A stretch of 50,220 nt of DNA, from assembly GCA_964562105.1 (NCBI GenBank), contig CAZLRP010000003.1, forward strand, positions 15,718 through 65,937, in the 5' to 3' direction. Under the pieces are notes generated by a model. The model ran no database searches. It saw only the letters and a list, made by a program, of their open reading frames with translations, and was not told the origin of the DNA. This document shows, in pieces, positions 7,498 to 15,793 of the stretch. Numbering within the stretch: position 1 is the stretch's first letter; every line of letters starts with the position of its first letter. The DNA is from an uncultured Candidatus Saccharibacteria bacterium. GTDB taxonomy: Bacteria; Patescibacteriota; Minisyncoccia; Phycocordibacterales; GWA1-40-21. Both the position numbers and the translations under genes were made by a program.

Positions 7498-9727
7498 ATT
7501 AATAATAAAAAGAAATAAGAAAATTTTCAAGAAACTTTTGATGAGTTTCAGAAAAATTGAGCGAAAATCTAAAAAGTTTGCAATATTCTGTTTGAAAAAA
7601 AGCGGTATTATCCGAGATAAAAGAAAAAAACAATCTGTATGTGAAAAAATATTATTTAGATTTGCGACTATTATACTTATGGTTGCAGTGAGTATAGGAA
7701 TTTTAAATATTTCTCCAACAGATGCTTATTTTAATGACACGGAAAGTTCTACTGCCAATACTTATACAGTCGGAACGTTGGATTTTAGTGTAACTCCAGC
7801 TGGCGATTTTTCTCCTCAACCTACGCCAACACAAAATAGTTTACGGGATATTACGGTAGCGAAACTAGGCGATTTAGATTTTCAATATAAAGTGAAAGCA
7901 AGTAATGTTAGCGGTAGTTTTTGCCAGAATTTAAATTTAAAGGCGACTTTGAATGGCACTACTTTGTATGATGGTAATTTAACTAATTTTTATATTGCAA
8001 CGACGACTGACTTGGGAACTATTAATTTTACGGCCAGCTCAAACGCTCATAGTTTTAATCAAACTTGTAATTTTGATTTGGTTTTTATCGGCTGGCAGGT
8101 GAATTTAAATAATGAAAATTTAGGATTTAGCGATAAAAAAATAATCAGCAATAGTATCGTAGGAGGGCAAGATCAAGACGATGTGGTCTTGAATGAATTT
8201 TTGCCAAATCCTACGGGGGCTGATACGCAAGATGGTATTTTGGGTGAATGGGTTGAATTTTATAACAACAGCAACCACTCTATTGACATGACAGGTTGGT
8301 ATACGGAGGACGCTATAGGTGCAAGCCACAGAAAAATAATCAGCACGGCAACAACCTATAATGGCCAAACAACTATTGGCGCTAAAGGTAGCGGTTCTGA
8401 ATGGCTGGTATTGTTTATGAACGGCGAAATTTTAAATAATACAGGCGACACAATCAATCTTTATGATAATTATGGCGGGCTAGTTGATACTCACAGTTAT
8501 AACGGTTCTAATTACAATGTTAATGACACGCCGGGTGGAACTAATAATTTAGTTGCTTATCTGCCTTTCAATAATGATCTTTTGGACAAGAGCGGAAACA
8601 ACAATAATGGCACAAATAATGGTACAACCTTTACTACAGTTTCAAATGGGAAAGCTGAAGAGGCATTGAATTTGACAGGTACGCAATATGTAGAAATTCC
8701 AGATTCAGCCAGTTTGGATATTGCCAACCAAATCACGCTTGAGGCTTGGGTTTATCCAACAGCTTGGAGCTCTAATGAAAATAATATTTTGACTAAAGCA
8801 GGTGATGGTGACTATGGAGTTTGGAATTTGCACTATAAAACTGGCGGAGGTGGTTTTAGGTTTGAGTTGAATAATGGAGGAGTCTCTCATGCTTTATTTG
8901 AATCATCTCCTTCAACTGCTTTAGATACTTGGTATCATGTCGTGGGTGTGTATGATGGTAGCGAGATGAAACTTTATGTTAATGGAGTTTTGAAAGGTTC
9001 TTTGGCTACTAGCGGAAATATTGCTACCAACAACTCGCCGTTAAGAATTGGCAAGCAATTTTGGTGGAGTAATATCTATTCATATTGGTCAGGTAGAATT
9101 GACGAAGTCAAAATTTATAATCGTGCCTTAAGCGCGACAGAAGTTTTGGAACATTTTAATACTGTTAACGATGGAGCAACAAGTATTCCAGAAAATAAAT
9201 CTTTCGCTAGAATTCCAGATGGCGTAGGAGCATGGATTGATCCAATACCAACACCTGGCGGAACTAATAATTTCTCGGATATTTTGGAAACAATATCGGC
9301 AACAACAACTGAAGAATTTATAGCGACGTCAACTTCAGAAAATTCTGTCACCGGTGCTGACATTCCAGAAAATATCGCTATTAGCACAGAATCAGTAGAA
9401 TCAATTGCTACAACGACTGCTACAACAACTGCTACAACAACAGAAAATATTATTGAAGATTTATCGGCAACCTCAACACCGGAAATTGTGCCAGATATTG
9501 CTCCGGAAAATAATACGGATACGGCAAGCACAACTTCTCCTGTTGTTGACGCGGAAGCGGTTGTTGATATATCAGTACTAGTCGCACCAGAAGAAACAGT
9601 TGAAACAGAAGAAGTGGAAGAAGAAACTCAGCCTTTGCTAGAAGCTACGGAGAGCGAAGCAGAAGAAACCGAAGTATCAGAAACGGTAGAAGAAAATGTA
9701 GCAAATAATGTTGAAGAAATTATATAA
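7490..9727 (+). CDS. SipW-cognate secreted protein: TasA-like domain, lamin-tail domain, LamG/ConA-like domain and acidic Thr/Glu tail
   Basis: TDAYFNDTESSTANTYTVGTLDF; VVLNEFLPNP..EWVEFYN (LTD); ITLEAWVYP..WYHVVGVYDG..LYVNG..GRIDEVKIYNRAL (LamG). Confidence 0.8.
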   Translation: MFKLIIKRNKKIFKKLLMSFRKIERKSKKFAIFCLKKSGIIRDKRKKQSVCEKILFRFATIILMVAVSIGILNISPTDAYFNDTESSTANTYTVGTLDFSVTPAGDFSPQPTPTQNSLRDITVAKLGDLDFQYKVKASNVSGSFCQNLNLKATLNGTTLYDGNLTNFYIATTTDLGTINFTASSNAHSFNQTCNFDLVFIGWQVNLNNENLGFSDKKIISNSIVGGQDQDDVVLNEFLPNPTGADTQDGILGEWVEFYNNSNHSIDMTGWYTEDAIGASHRKIISTATTYNGQTTIGAKGSGSEWLVLFMNGEILNNTGDTINLYDNYGGLVDTHSYNGSNYNVNDTPGGTNNLVAYLPFNNDLLDKSGNNNNGTNNGTTFTTVSNGKAEEALNLTGTQYVEIPDSASLDIANQITLEAWVYPTAWSSNENNILTKAGDGDYGVWNLHYKTGGGGFRFELNNGGVSHALFESSPSTALDTWYHVVGVYDGSEMKLYVNGVLKGSLATSGNIATNNSPLRIGKQFWWSNIYSYWSGRIDEVKIYNRALSATEVLEHFNTVNDGATSIPENKSFARIPDGVGAWIDPIPTPGGTNNFSDILETISATTTEEFIATSTSENSVTGADIPENIAISTESVESIATTTATTTATTTENIIEDLSATSTPEIVPDIAPENNTDTASTTSPVVDAEAVVDISVLVAPEETVETEEVEEETQPLLEATESEAEETEVSETVEENVANNVEEII

Positions 9728-9734
9728 AAATTAT

Positions 9735-10985
9735 ATGAAAAACTTTCTTAAAATTTCAATACTTTCAATTGTCACCATAATAACATTTGGCAGTTTTACC
9801 GGTGTTACTTTAGCTCAACCTGCTATTCCACCTCTATCTGTTCAGTTTCAAAACGAACCTCTTTTCAATGAAGCTAATTTTGTACCAGGAAATGAAGTGA
9901 CTCGTACAGTTGGAGTTTCAAATAATTCAGGCACACCTCAAGACATAATTGTTGAAGCTATAAATGCTGTTGATACTGGCGGTCTTGGAGACAAACTTAA
10001 TCTTGTTATTAAAGAAGGAGATGTGTCGCGATATACCGGTACACTAGGAGCGTTTCTTCGTGCCGGAGAAGTTTCACTTTCTGCACTTTCTAATGGTACT
10101 AACACCACTTACTCATTTGGTATCACATTTGAAAGCGACGCTGACAATAATCTACAAAATAAAACACTTGGTTTTGATTTGTGCGTTGGTTTCCAAGGAG
10201 GAGATAAACATTGTGGCGATACTGTTATAAGTGATGAAGGCGGTGGCGCCGATGATGGTGGCTCAGGTGATACGGGCGGTGGTACCATTCCTGGCACTGG
10301 TGGGAGTGGAGGAAGCAGTGGAGGAGGAAGCGGTTTTCCAGTAGCTCCTATTCCACTTATTATAAGTAATGAGCAGGCAAACGATAATGTTGTGTTGGAG
10401 ACAAGTACAATGGTTGTCACTTGGAATACTAATAAATTATCAACCAGTCAGGTTGTTTATGGTCTGGTTTCCGAAGGCCCATACACTTTAGATTTGAATG
10501 CAGCCAACTTTGGTTACCCATTTGCAACGGTTGATGATCCTACAAAAGTTATGAATCACTCTATGACTTTGACCGGACTTGTAACAGGACAAACTTATCT
10601 ATATCGTGTTGTTTCTCGCGCTTCACCGGCAACAGTGAGCTTTGAACATGAGTTTACGGTGCCTGTATTTGCGCTCGGCACACAAATAAATGAACAAAAT
10701 AATTTGTTTCTACAGCAACAAGGTGTGGATGAGACATCGGGTGCAAACACTTTCAGTGCCGGAGGGGTAGTAGGTAATTCAGATGGAACTGGAAATACTA
10801 CTTCATCTTCAACCGGGACAAGTAGTGAAGATACGAGTGATAACTCAAATCAATTTGCCACAGCTTTCTTCGGGGCAGGATTCTTGTCGTGGCAGTTTGG
10901 ACTATTCCTCTTACTGGCGTTGCTCCTAATCCTATTTATTATTTGGAGAAGAAGAAAGCACGATGAAGATACTCCGATAAACTAA
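9735..10985 (+). CDS. Secreted, C-terminally membrane-anchored protein (TasA-like N-domain, Gly linker, FN3/purple-acid-phosphatase-N-like domain)
   Basis: Signal peptide; NFVPGNEV..NNLQNKTLGFD; Gly-rich linker; VTWNTNKLSTSQVVYG..H.MTLTGL..GQTYLYRVVS; TM helix followed by WRRRK. Confidence 0.75.
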   Translation: MKNFLKISILSIVTIITFGSFTGVTLAQPAIPPLSVQFQNEPLFNEANFVPGNEVTRTVGVSNNSGTPQDIIVEAINAVDTGGLGDKLNLVIKEGDVSRYTGTLGAFLRAGEVSLSALSNGTNTTYSFGITFESDADNNLQNKTLGFDLCVGFQGGDKHCGDTVISDEGGGADDGGSGDTGGGTIPGTGGSGGSSGGGSGFPVAPIPLIISNEQANDNVVLETSTMVVTWNTNKLSTSQVVYGLVSEGPYTLDLNAANFGYPFATVDDPTKVMNHSMTLTGLVTGQTYLYRVVSRASPATVSFEHEFTVPVFALGTQINEQNNLFLQQQGVDETSGANTFSAGGVVGNSDGTGNTTSSSTGTSSEDTSDNSNQFATAFFGAGFLSWQFGLFLLLALLLILFIIWRRRKHDEDTPIN

Positions 10986-11035
10986 TTTTAGTTAACTAAA
11001 TTACATAATCAAAAACTCCTAAGTTCACCATGGCG

Positions 11036-11236
11036 TGAGGAAGCAAAAGTCTTTGCTTCTGTAATACTCATTGAGGTTTTCTGCAATTACGCTATAGCGT
11101 AATTGCAGAAAACCTCAATGAGTGGACAGTTCCTGTAAGGTGAGGAAGTGAAAGTCTTCACTTCCGCAAGACTCATTGAGATTTTTTATGAACACAGTGA
11201 AATAAAAAATCCAATGAGTGGACAGTTCCTGTAAGG
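11036..11236. repeat. Two tandem ~100-bp structured repeat units nested in a hairpin
   Basis: Units 11036-11140 and 11141-11236. Each runs TGAGGAAG-hairpin(AGTC loop)-ACTCATTG..CAATGAGT-GGACAGTTCCTGTAAGG. Confidence 0.8.
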
Positions 11237-11460
11237 AATTTGGGGTTTTTTGTATTTTGACAAAATTATCGCATATATGCTATAATACTAATGTCAGAAA
11301 AGAAAGAACATTAACAATCGAATACAAAAGAAAGACACCTCTCTCCATTTGCAACTCATTTTTTGGGTTTCAGGTTGGGAGGGGCGGTCTGGTAATTAGC
11401 CGGATGATTTTGCTTCGTCGAGCAAAATCAAAAAAGCCTTTCTCTTAATTTTTCAATAAC

Positions 11461-11652
11461 ATGAAAATTTTAGGAGCAATTGGATTTGGTTTGGCAATTA
11501 TCATACTTCGTTTTTTAATGCCTGATGTATTTCATGCATTAGAAAAAACCCTCCTGTCGTTCTTTGATGTTCTACAGACCGGACTTTCCATTGGAGGAAA
11601 TTCTATGTCTGCAGGAGCATTGATTCCTCAATTACCACAACTACCTATTTAG
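11461..11652 (+). CDS. Small hypothetical membrane protein
   Basis: 63 aa with a hydrophobic N-terminus; followed by a terminator at 11677-11709. Confidence 0.65.
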   Translation: MKILGAIGFGLAIIILRFLMPDVFHALEKTLLSFFDVLQTGLSIGGNSMSAGALIPQLPQLPI

Positions 11653-11676
11653 GTTTAGTTGTCGGCGATAGACAGG

Positions 11677-11709
11677 AAAAAACAGTCAGCCCCAAGCTGA
11701 CTGTTTTTT
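11677..11709. terminator. Intrinsic terminator
   Basis: AAAAAACAGTCAGC-cccaa-GCTGACTGTTTTTT. Confidence 0.75.
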
Positions 11710-11721
11710 AATTGTGTTTAA

Positions 11722-11811
11722 GTCTTTGCGAGCGAATGCGAAGCAATCTAGGTTTGAATTGTATCAATAATTAAATTATATCTGGATTGCTTCGCATTCG
11801 CTCGCAAAGAC
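11722..11811. repeat. REPIN-like inverted repeat (30-bp arms, 1 mismatch)
   Basis: GTCTTTGCGAGCGAATGCGAAGCAATCTAG ... CTGGATTGCTTCGCATTCGCTCGCAAAGAC. Confidence 0.75.
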
Positions 11812-11874
11812 AGATTACAATTGAAAAAAAACAATAAACAAGCTATTATCATGATGGTCTCAAAGAATATTTAG

Positions 11875-11947
11875 GCCATTGTAGCTCAGTTGGTAGAGCA
11901 CGTCATTGGTAATGACGAGGTCACCAGTTCGATCCTGGTCAATGGCT
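11875..11947 (+). tRNA. tRNA-Thr(GGT)
   Basis: Acceptor GCCATTG/CAATGGC; D arm AGCTCAGTTGGTAGAGC; anticodon CGTCA-TTGGTAA-TGACG; T loop TTCGATC; no encoded CCA. Confidence 0.95.
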
Positions 11948-12098
11948 CAACGAGCGAAGCGAGTTGAGCCTATTGAGTGAGCCAACTGCTTGGCTCACGA
12001 CCAGGATCGAAAGGTTTTTCCATACGAGCGTAGCGAGGCGGAAAAACACCTGGCTATGTAGTAGCCGATTCTGGTCAATGACAATTTGGAGTGATATT

Positions 12099-12171
12099 GC
12101 CACCTTAGCTCAGTTGGTAGAGCACCACTTTCGTAAAGTGGGGGTCCCCGGTTCGATCCTGGGAGGTGGCT
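12099..12171 (+). tRNA. tRNA-Thr(CGT)
   Basis: Acceptor GCCACCT/AGGTGGC; anticodon CCACT-TTCGTAA-AGTGG; T loop TTCGATC. Confidence 0.95.
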
Positions 12172-12177
12172 CATGGA

Positions 12178-12298
12178 ATCCCGTACGAAATCGCGGACGC
12201 GAATTAGTGCGGGGAACAAGCGGTTGATTTTATTAGTTAATTATAATGGGATAGCCGACAAAATTTATATTTCGTCCGCGTCCTATTTCGTACGGGAT
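12178..12298. repeat. Inverted-repeat element enclosing a putative -10 box and abutting the prfB start
   Basis: ATCCCGTACGAAAT/ATTTCGTACGGGAT (14 bp) plus inner CGCGGACG/CGTCCGCG; TATAAT at 12242-12247. Confidence 0.65.
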
Positions 12299-13169
12299 GG
12301 AAGATATGGAGAAAAAAATCAAAGAACTTGAAAAAGAGATGATGTCTCCGGATTTTTGGAATGATAAAGCCAAGGCCCAGGCGATATTGAAAGAGCTGAA
12401 TTTTTTAAAATCCGAAGTTTTAGGAAAAGATAAATATAATAAAGGTCATGCCATTATGACTATTTTTTCCGGAGCAGGCGGGGATGATGCGGAAGATTTT
12501 TCGCGAATCTTATTTGAAATGTATTCAAAATTTTTTACAAAAAATATTTGGGATTACAAAATACTGGATGAAACTGAAAATGATCATGGCGGATACAGAA
12601 ATATTACGATTGAAGTTTTAGGTCCAAATGCTTACGGACTTTTAAAACATGAATCGGGAGTTCATCGTCTCGTGCGTCTTTCGCCGTTCAATTCCAAAAA
12701 TTTAAGACAAACTTCTTTTTCCCTTGTTGAAGTCGTGCCAAAAATTGAAAAAGATGCCGACATACAAATATCAGAGAATGATTTGAGAATAGACATTTCA
12801 AAAGCGGGAGGCCCGGGAGGACAAAATGTAAACAAAAGAGAAACTGCGGTAAGAATAACTCATATTCCGACTGGCATATCTGTAAGGTGCACTTCACAAA
12901 GGTCTCAAGCGCAAAATAAAGAAAAAGCGATTCAAATCCTCAAAGGAAAATTATTCAAACTTAGGGAAGAAGAAAACATAACGAGACATGAGGGATTACA
13001 TATAAGCAAGTCCACTTCAATAGAATGGGGAAATCAGATTCGTTCTTATGTATTTCATCCATACAAAATGATTAAAGACCATCGTACGAATGTTGAAACG
13101 AGCAATATTGATAAAGTTTTGAACGGAGATCTCGATGAATTTATTGAAAAGGAGAAAACTCTTGGGTAA
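12297..13169 (+). CDS. prfB: Peptide chain release factor 2 (shortened N-domain)
   Basis: SPF tripeptide (RLVRLSPFN), GGQ (GGPGGQNVNK), WGNQIRSYV. The start may be the second Met. Confidence 0.9.
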   Translation: MEDMEKKIKELEKEMMSPDFWNDKAKAQAILKELNFLKSEVLGKDKYNKGHAIMTIFSGAGGDDAEDFSRILFEMYSKFFTKNIWDYKILDETENDHGGYRNITIEVLGPNAYGLLKHESGVHRLVRLSPFNSKNLRQTSFSLVEVVPKIEKDADIQISENDLRIDISKAGGPGGQNVNKRETAVRITHIPTGISVRCTSQRSQAQNKEKAIQILKGKLFKLREEENITRHEGLHISKSTSIEWGNQIRSYVFHPYKMIKDHRTNVETSNIDKVLNGDLDEFIEKEKTLG

Positions 13170-13210
13170 TTTCTTTTATTCAAAAAAAATTGTGATATAC
13201 TGTCTAACAT

Positions 13211-13891
13211 ATGATAGTTTTTGATAAGGTAACAAAAATATACCAAGACGGAACTGTGGCTTTAGATGAGGTTAGTTTGATCATTGAGCCAAAAGAGTTT
13301 ATTTCCATAGTTGGACATTCAGGAGCCGGTAAAACCACTCTTGTAAAAATGCTTTTGGTGGAAGAAGGACCAACTTCAGGAAAAGTATTTTATGAATCTT
13401 TGGATGTAAACAAGCTTGTAAAACACGAAATCCATCATTTTAGAAGAAAAATAGGCACGGTTTTTCAAGATTTTAAACTTTTATCAAATAAAACCGTATA
13501 TGAAAATATAGCATTTGCCATGGAGATGTCCGGAAGATGCGATGATGAAATTTGTTCGGATGTTCCCCATGTGCTTGATTTGGTAGATTTAACCCAAAAA
13601 GCTTACAATTTTCCTCACGAGCTTTCTGGAGGAGAAAAGCAAAGGGTTGCGATAGCGAGAGCCATTGTAAATCAGCCAGATGTTATCATTGCCGATGAAC
13701 CTACAGGAAATCTTGATCCTATAAATACTCGTGATATTATTCAAATATTGAAAAAAATAAATGATCTTGGGACAACGGTAATCCTTACCACCCACAACAA
13801 AGGCGTCATAGATTCCTTGAAAAAAAGAGTTATTACAATGGAAAATGGTAAGATTATAAGAGACGATGAAATGGGAAAATATGTTTTATAA
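13211..13891 (+). CDS. ftsE: Cell division ATP-binding protein FtsE
   Basis: GHSGAGKT, VFQDFKLL, LSGGEKQRVAIARA, ADEPTGNLDP; upstream of ftsX. Confidence 0.9.
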   Translation: MIVFDKVTKIYQDGTVALDEVSLIIEPKEFISIVGHSGAGKTTLVKMLLVEEGPTSGKVFYESLDVNKLVKHEIHHFRRKIGTVFQDFKLLSNKTVYENIAFAMEMSGRCDDEICSDVPHVLDLVDLTQKAYNFPHELSGGEKQRVAIARAIVNQPDVIIADEPTGNLDPINTRDIIQILKKINDLGTTVILTTHNKGVIDSLKKRVITMENGKIIRDDEMGKYVL

Positions 13892-13921
13892 AATAAGGAG
13901 CGAAGCGACTATATTTTATTA

Positions 13922-14021
13922 ACCCAGCACCATTTTTAGCAGATATCCTTCACAAATAAGCTTAAATAAGCAAAAAAACAATAATTTACAAATAGTATAA
14001 TTTTAAAAAATGGTGCTGGGT
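13922..14021. repeat. 16-bp perfect inverted repeat between ftsE and ftsX
   Basis: ACCCAGCACCATTTTT ... AAAAATGGTGCTGGGT, flanked by GAGCGAAGCGA-type motifs. Confidence 0.7.
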
Positions 14022-14060
14022 GATGATTTTTATAATCGCTCCGCTCATTAAAAATCAATC

Positions 14061-14993
14061 ATGTTCGGGCTATCAACAAAAAGAGTTTTTAAATCAGGAT
14101 TACAAAATTTCTTCAGAAATGGTTTTGTATCGCTGTCTTCTGTTTTGGTAATGACAGTTACTCTTTTTATAATAACATCGATCATTTTATTGGGAGGACT
14201 TTTAAACTACGGTTTGGATCAAGTAAAAAATAAAGTTGATATAAACGTATATTTTGTTACAACAGCAACGGAAATCGAAGTTTTATCAACCAAAAAATCT
14301 TTGGAAGAAATACCCGAAGTTTCCTCAATAGAATATATTTCAAGAGAACAGGCTCTGATTAATTTTAAAGAGAAGCATAAAGGTGACAGTTTGACTCTGC
14401 AGGCTCTTGACGAATTAAATGAAAATCCTCTTGGAGCAACTTTAAATATCAAGGCAAAAGACCCTTCTCAGTATGCCGGCATAGCAAAATATCTGGATAA
14501 TATGAGTAGTGGAGTCTTATCTCAAGAGAGCTCAAAAATTATAGACAAGATAAACTATGCGCAAAATAAAGTTAGCATAGACAGGCTCAATACCATAATT
14601 AATTCCGTCAATATGCTGGGTCTTTGGTTTGCAATTATTTTTATTTTTATATCAATTGTGGTTACCTTTACTACAATCAAGCTTACTATTTTTATGGCTC
14701 GCGATGAAATATCCGTCATGCGTCTAGTTGGTGCTTCGGATACATATGTAAAAGGTCCATTTCTTGTAAGCGGTCTTTTGTGCGGGATTATTTCAACGAT
14801 AATTATTTTAATCACTTTTGTATTAATTACTTTTGCGATAAATCATTATTACGGATCATATTTTGTAGGTTTTAATTTGTTTAAATATTATATAACGCAT
14901 TTTTTGCAAATATTCCTCATCATTTTTGGTTCAGGAATAATACTCAGTTCGCTTTCTAGTTATTTAGCCGTACATAAATATTTGAGAAAATAA
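14061..14993 (+). CDS. ftsX: Cell division permease FtsX
   Basis: N-terminal TM, extracytoplasmic ENPLGAT motif, REI..MRLVGA..YVKGPF, and C-terminal TMs. Confidence 0.9.
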   Translation: MFGLSTKRVFKSGLQNFFRNGFVSLSSVLVMTVTLFIITSIILLGGLLNYGLDQVKNKVDINVYFVTTATEIEVLSTKKSLEEIPEVSSIEYISREQALINFKEKHKGDSLTLQALDELNENPLGATLNIKAKDPSQYAGIAKYLDNMSSGVLSQESSKIIDKINYAQNKVSIDRLNTIINSVNMLGLWFAIIFIFISIVVTFTTIKLTIFMARDEISVMRLVGASDTYVKGPFLVSGLLCGIISTIIILITFVLITFAINHYYGSYFVGFNLFKYYITHFLQIFLIIFGSGIILSSLSSYLAVHKYLRK

Positions 14994-15006
14994 TTAACTC
15001 AATTAT

Positions 15007-15042
15007 AAAAGCCGTTTTGACTTTAAAGTCAAAACGGCTTTT
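15007..15042. terminator. Perfect 36-nt palindrome, probable bidirectional terminator
   Basis: AAAAGCCGTTTTGACTTT|AAAGTCAAAACGGCTTTT after ftsX. Confidence 0.7.
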
Positions 15043-15142
15043 AACTTGAAAAAGAGTGTATTTTAAAGTATTCTTTGTTTATTGCGGGATCGTCTAACTT
15101 GCCCGTCAAATTTTTGTTCATTGCAAAGCTGGTCTTTAGAGC

Positions 15143-15213
15143 TGGGAGATCGTCTAATGGTAGGACACGTCCCTCTGGAGGACGTTATCCTGGTTCGAGT
15201 CCAGGTCTCCCAG
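15143..15213 (+). tRNA. tRNA-Gln(CTG)
   Basis: Acceptor TGGGAGA/TCTCCCA; anticodon CGTCC-CTCTGGA-GGACG; T arm CCTGG-TTCGAGT-CCAGG. Confidence 0.95.
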
Positions 15214-15335
15214 CTTTGCAGAGCAGAACTAAATTGCGCCAATGTAGTGTTTACCCTTTGCCATGAGAACGCACCCAATATACTTTTCTCTAAGAAAGTA
15301 TATAATTGTAGTATACGAAAGTGAGATTAAGCATT

Positions 15336-15728
15336 ATGGATAATTCGGTTAAAAATGAAAATAGGGGCAATAAAATATTTTTTATAGTATTTTTTCTTTT
15401 GATTGTTGCCTCTGTTGGCGTAACTTTTTATAAAATAGTCATTGTAAAAAATTATCAAATTGTTGCTCAAGTTTCTTGTGACCCAACTGTTGAGAGATGT
15501 TTTATGAGTACATGTGATCCGGCAACAGACGAAACTTGCGATGCTCTTTCATCTACCACTTATTACAAAAATATTAGCAAAAATGCCGGTACGATTTATA
15601 CTTGCGAAAAGACTGAAGAAAAAATCGGCTGTGGAGAAGAGCTAAGTTGTATGATAGGGGAGTCAAATTGCTCCTATACTCTGTGCGATCCATCCCAGCT
15701 CGTTGATGATGAACAATGTTCGGAATAG
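15336..15728 (+). CDS. Membrane-anchored Cys-rich (10 Cys) extracytoplasmic hypothetical protein
   Basis: One TM helix then SCDP..CF..C..C..C..C..C..C..C..C. ATG at 15336 preferred over GTG at 15321. Confidence 0.7.
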   Translation: MDNSVKNENRGNKIFFIVFFLLIVASVGVTFYKIVIVKNYQIVAQVSCDPTVERCFMSTCDPATDETCDALSSTTYYKNISKNAGTIYTCEKTEEKIGCGEELSCMIGESNCSYTLCDPSQLVDDEQCSE

Positions 15729-15793
15729 TTTTTTTTGAAAATAGAAAGAGGATTTTATTTTCTTTTTGGTTTGTTTAGATATATAATATAGGT

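Noticed and set aside
11036-11236. CRISPR array
   Set aside because: Only two ~100-bp units, no repeat-spacer periodicity and no cas genes in the window.
11218-12227. ORFs 11218-11448, 11964-12227 and 11995-12219
   Set aside because: They overlap repeats, promoter sequence or tRNA genes; translations look non-coding.
15063-15324. Three short ORFs over tRNA-Gln
   Set aside because: Artefacts of the tRNA sequence.
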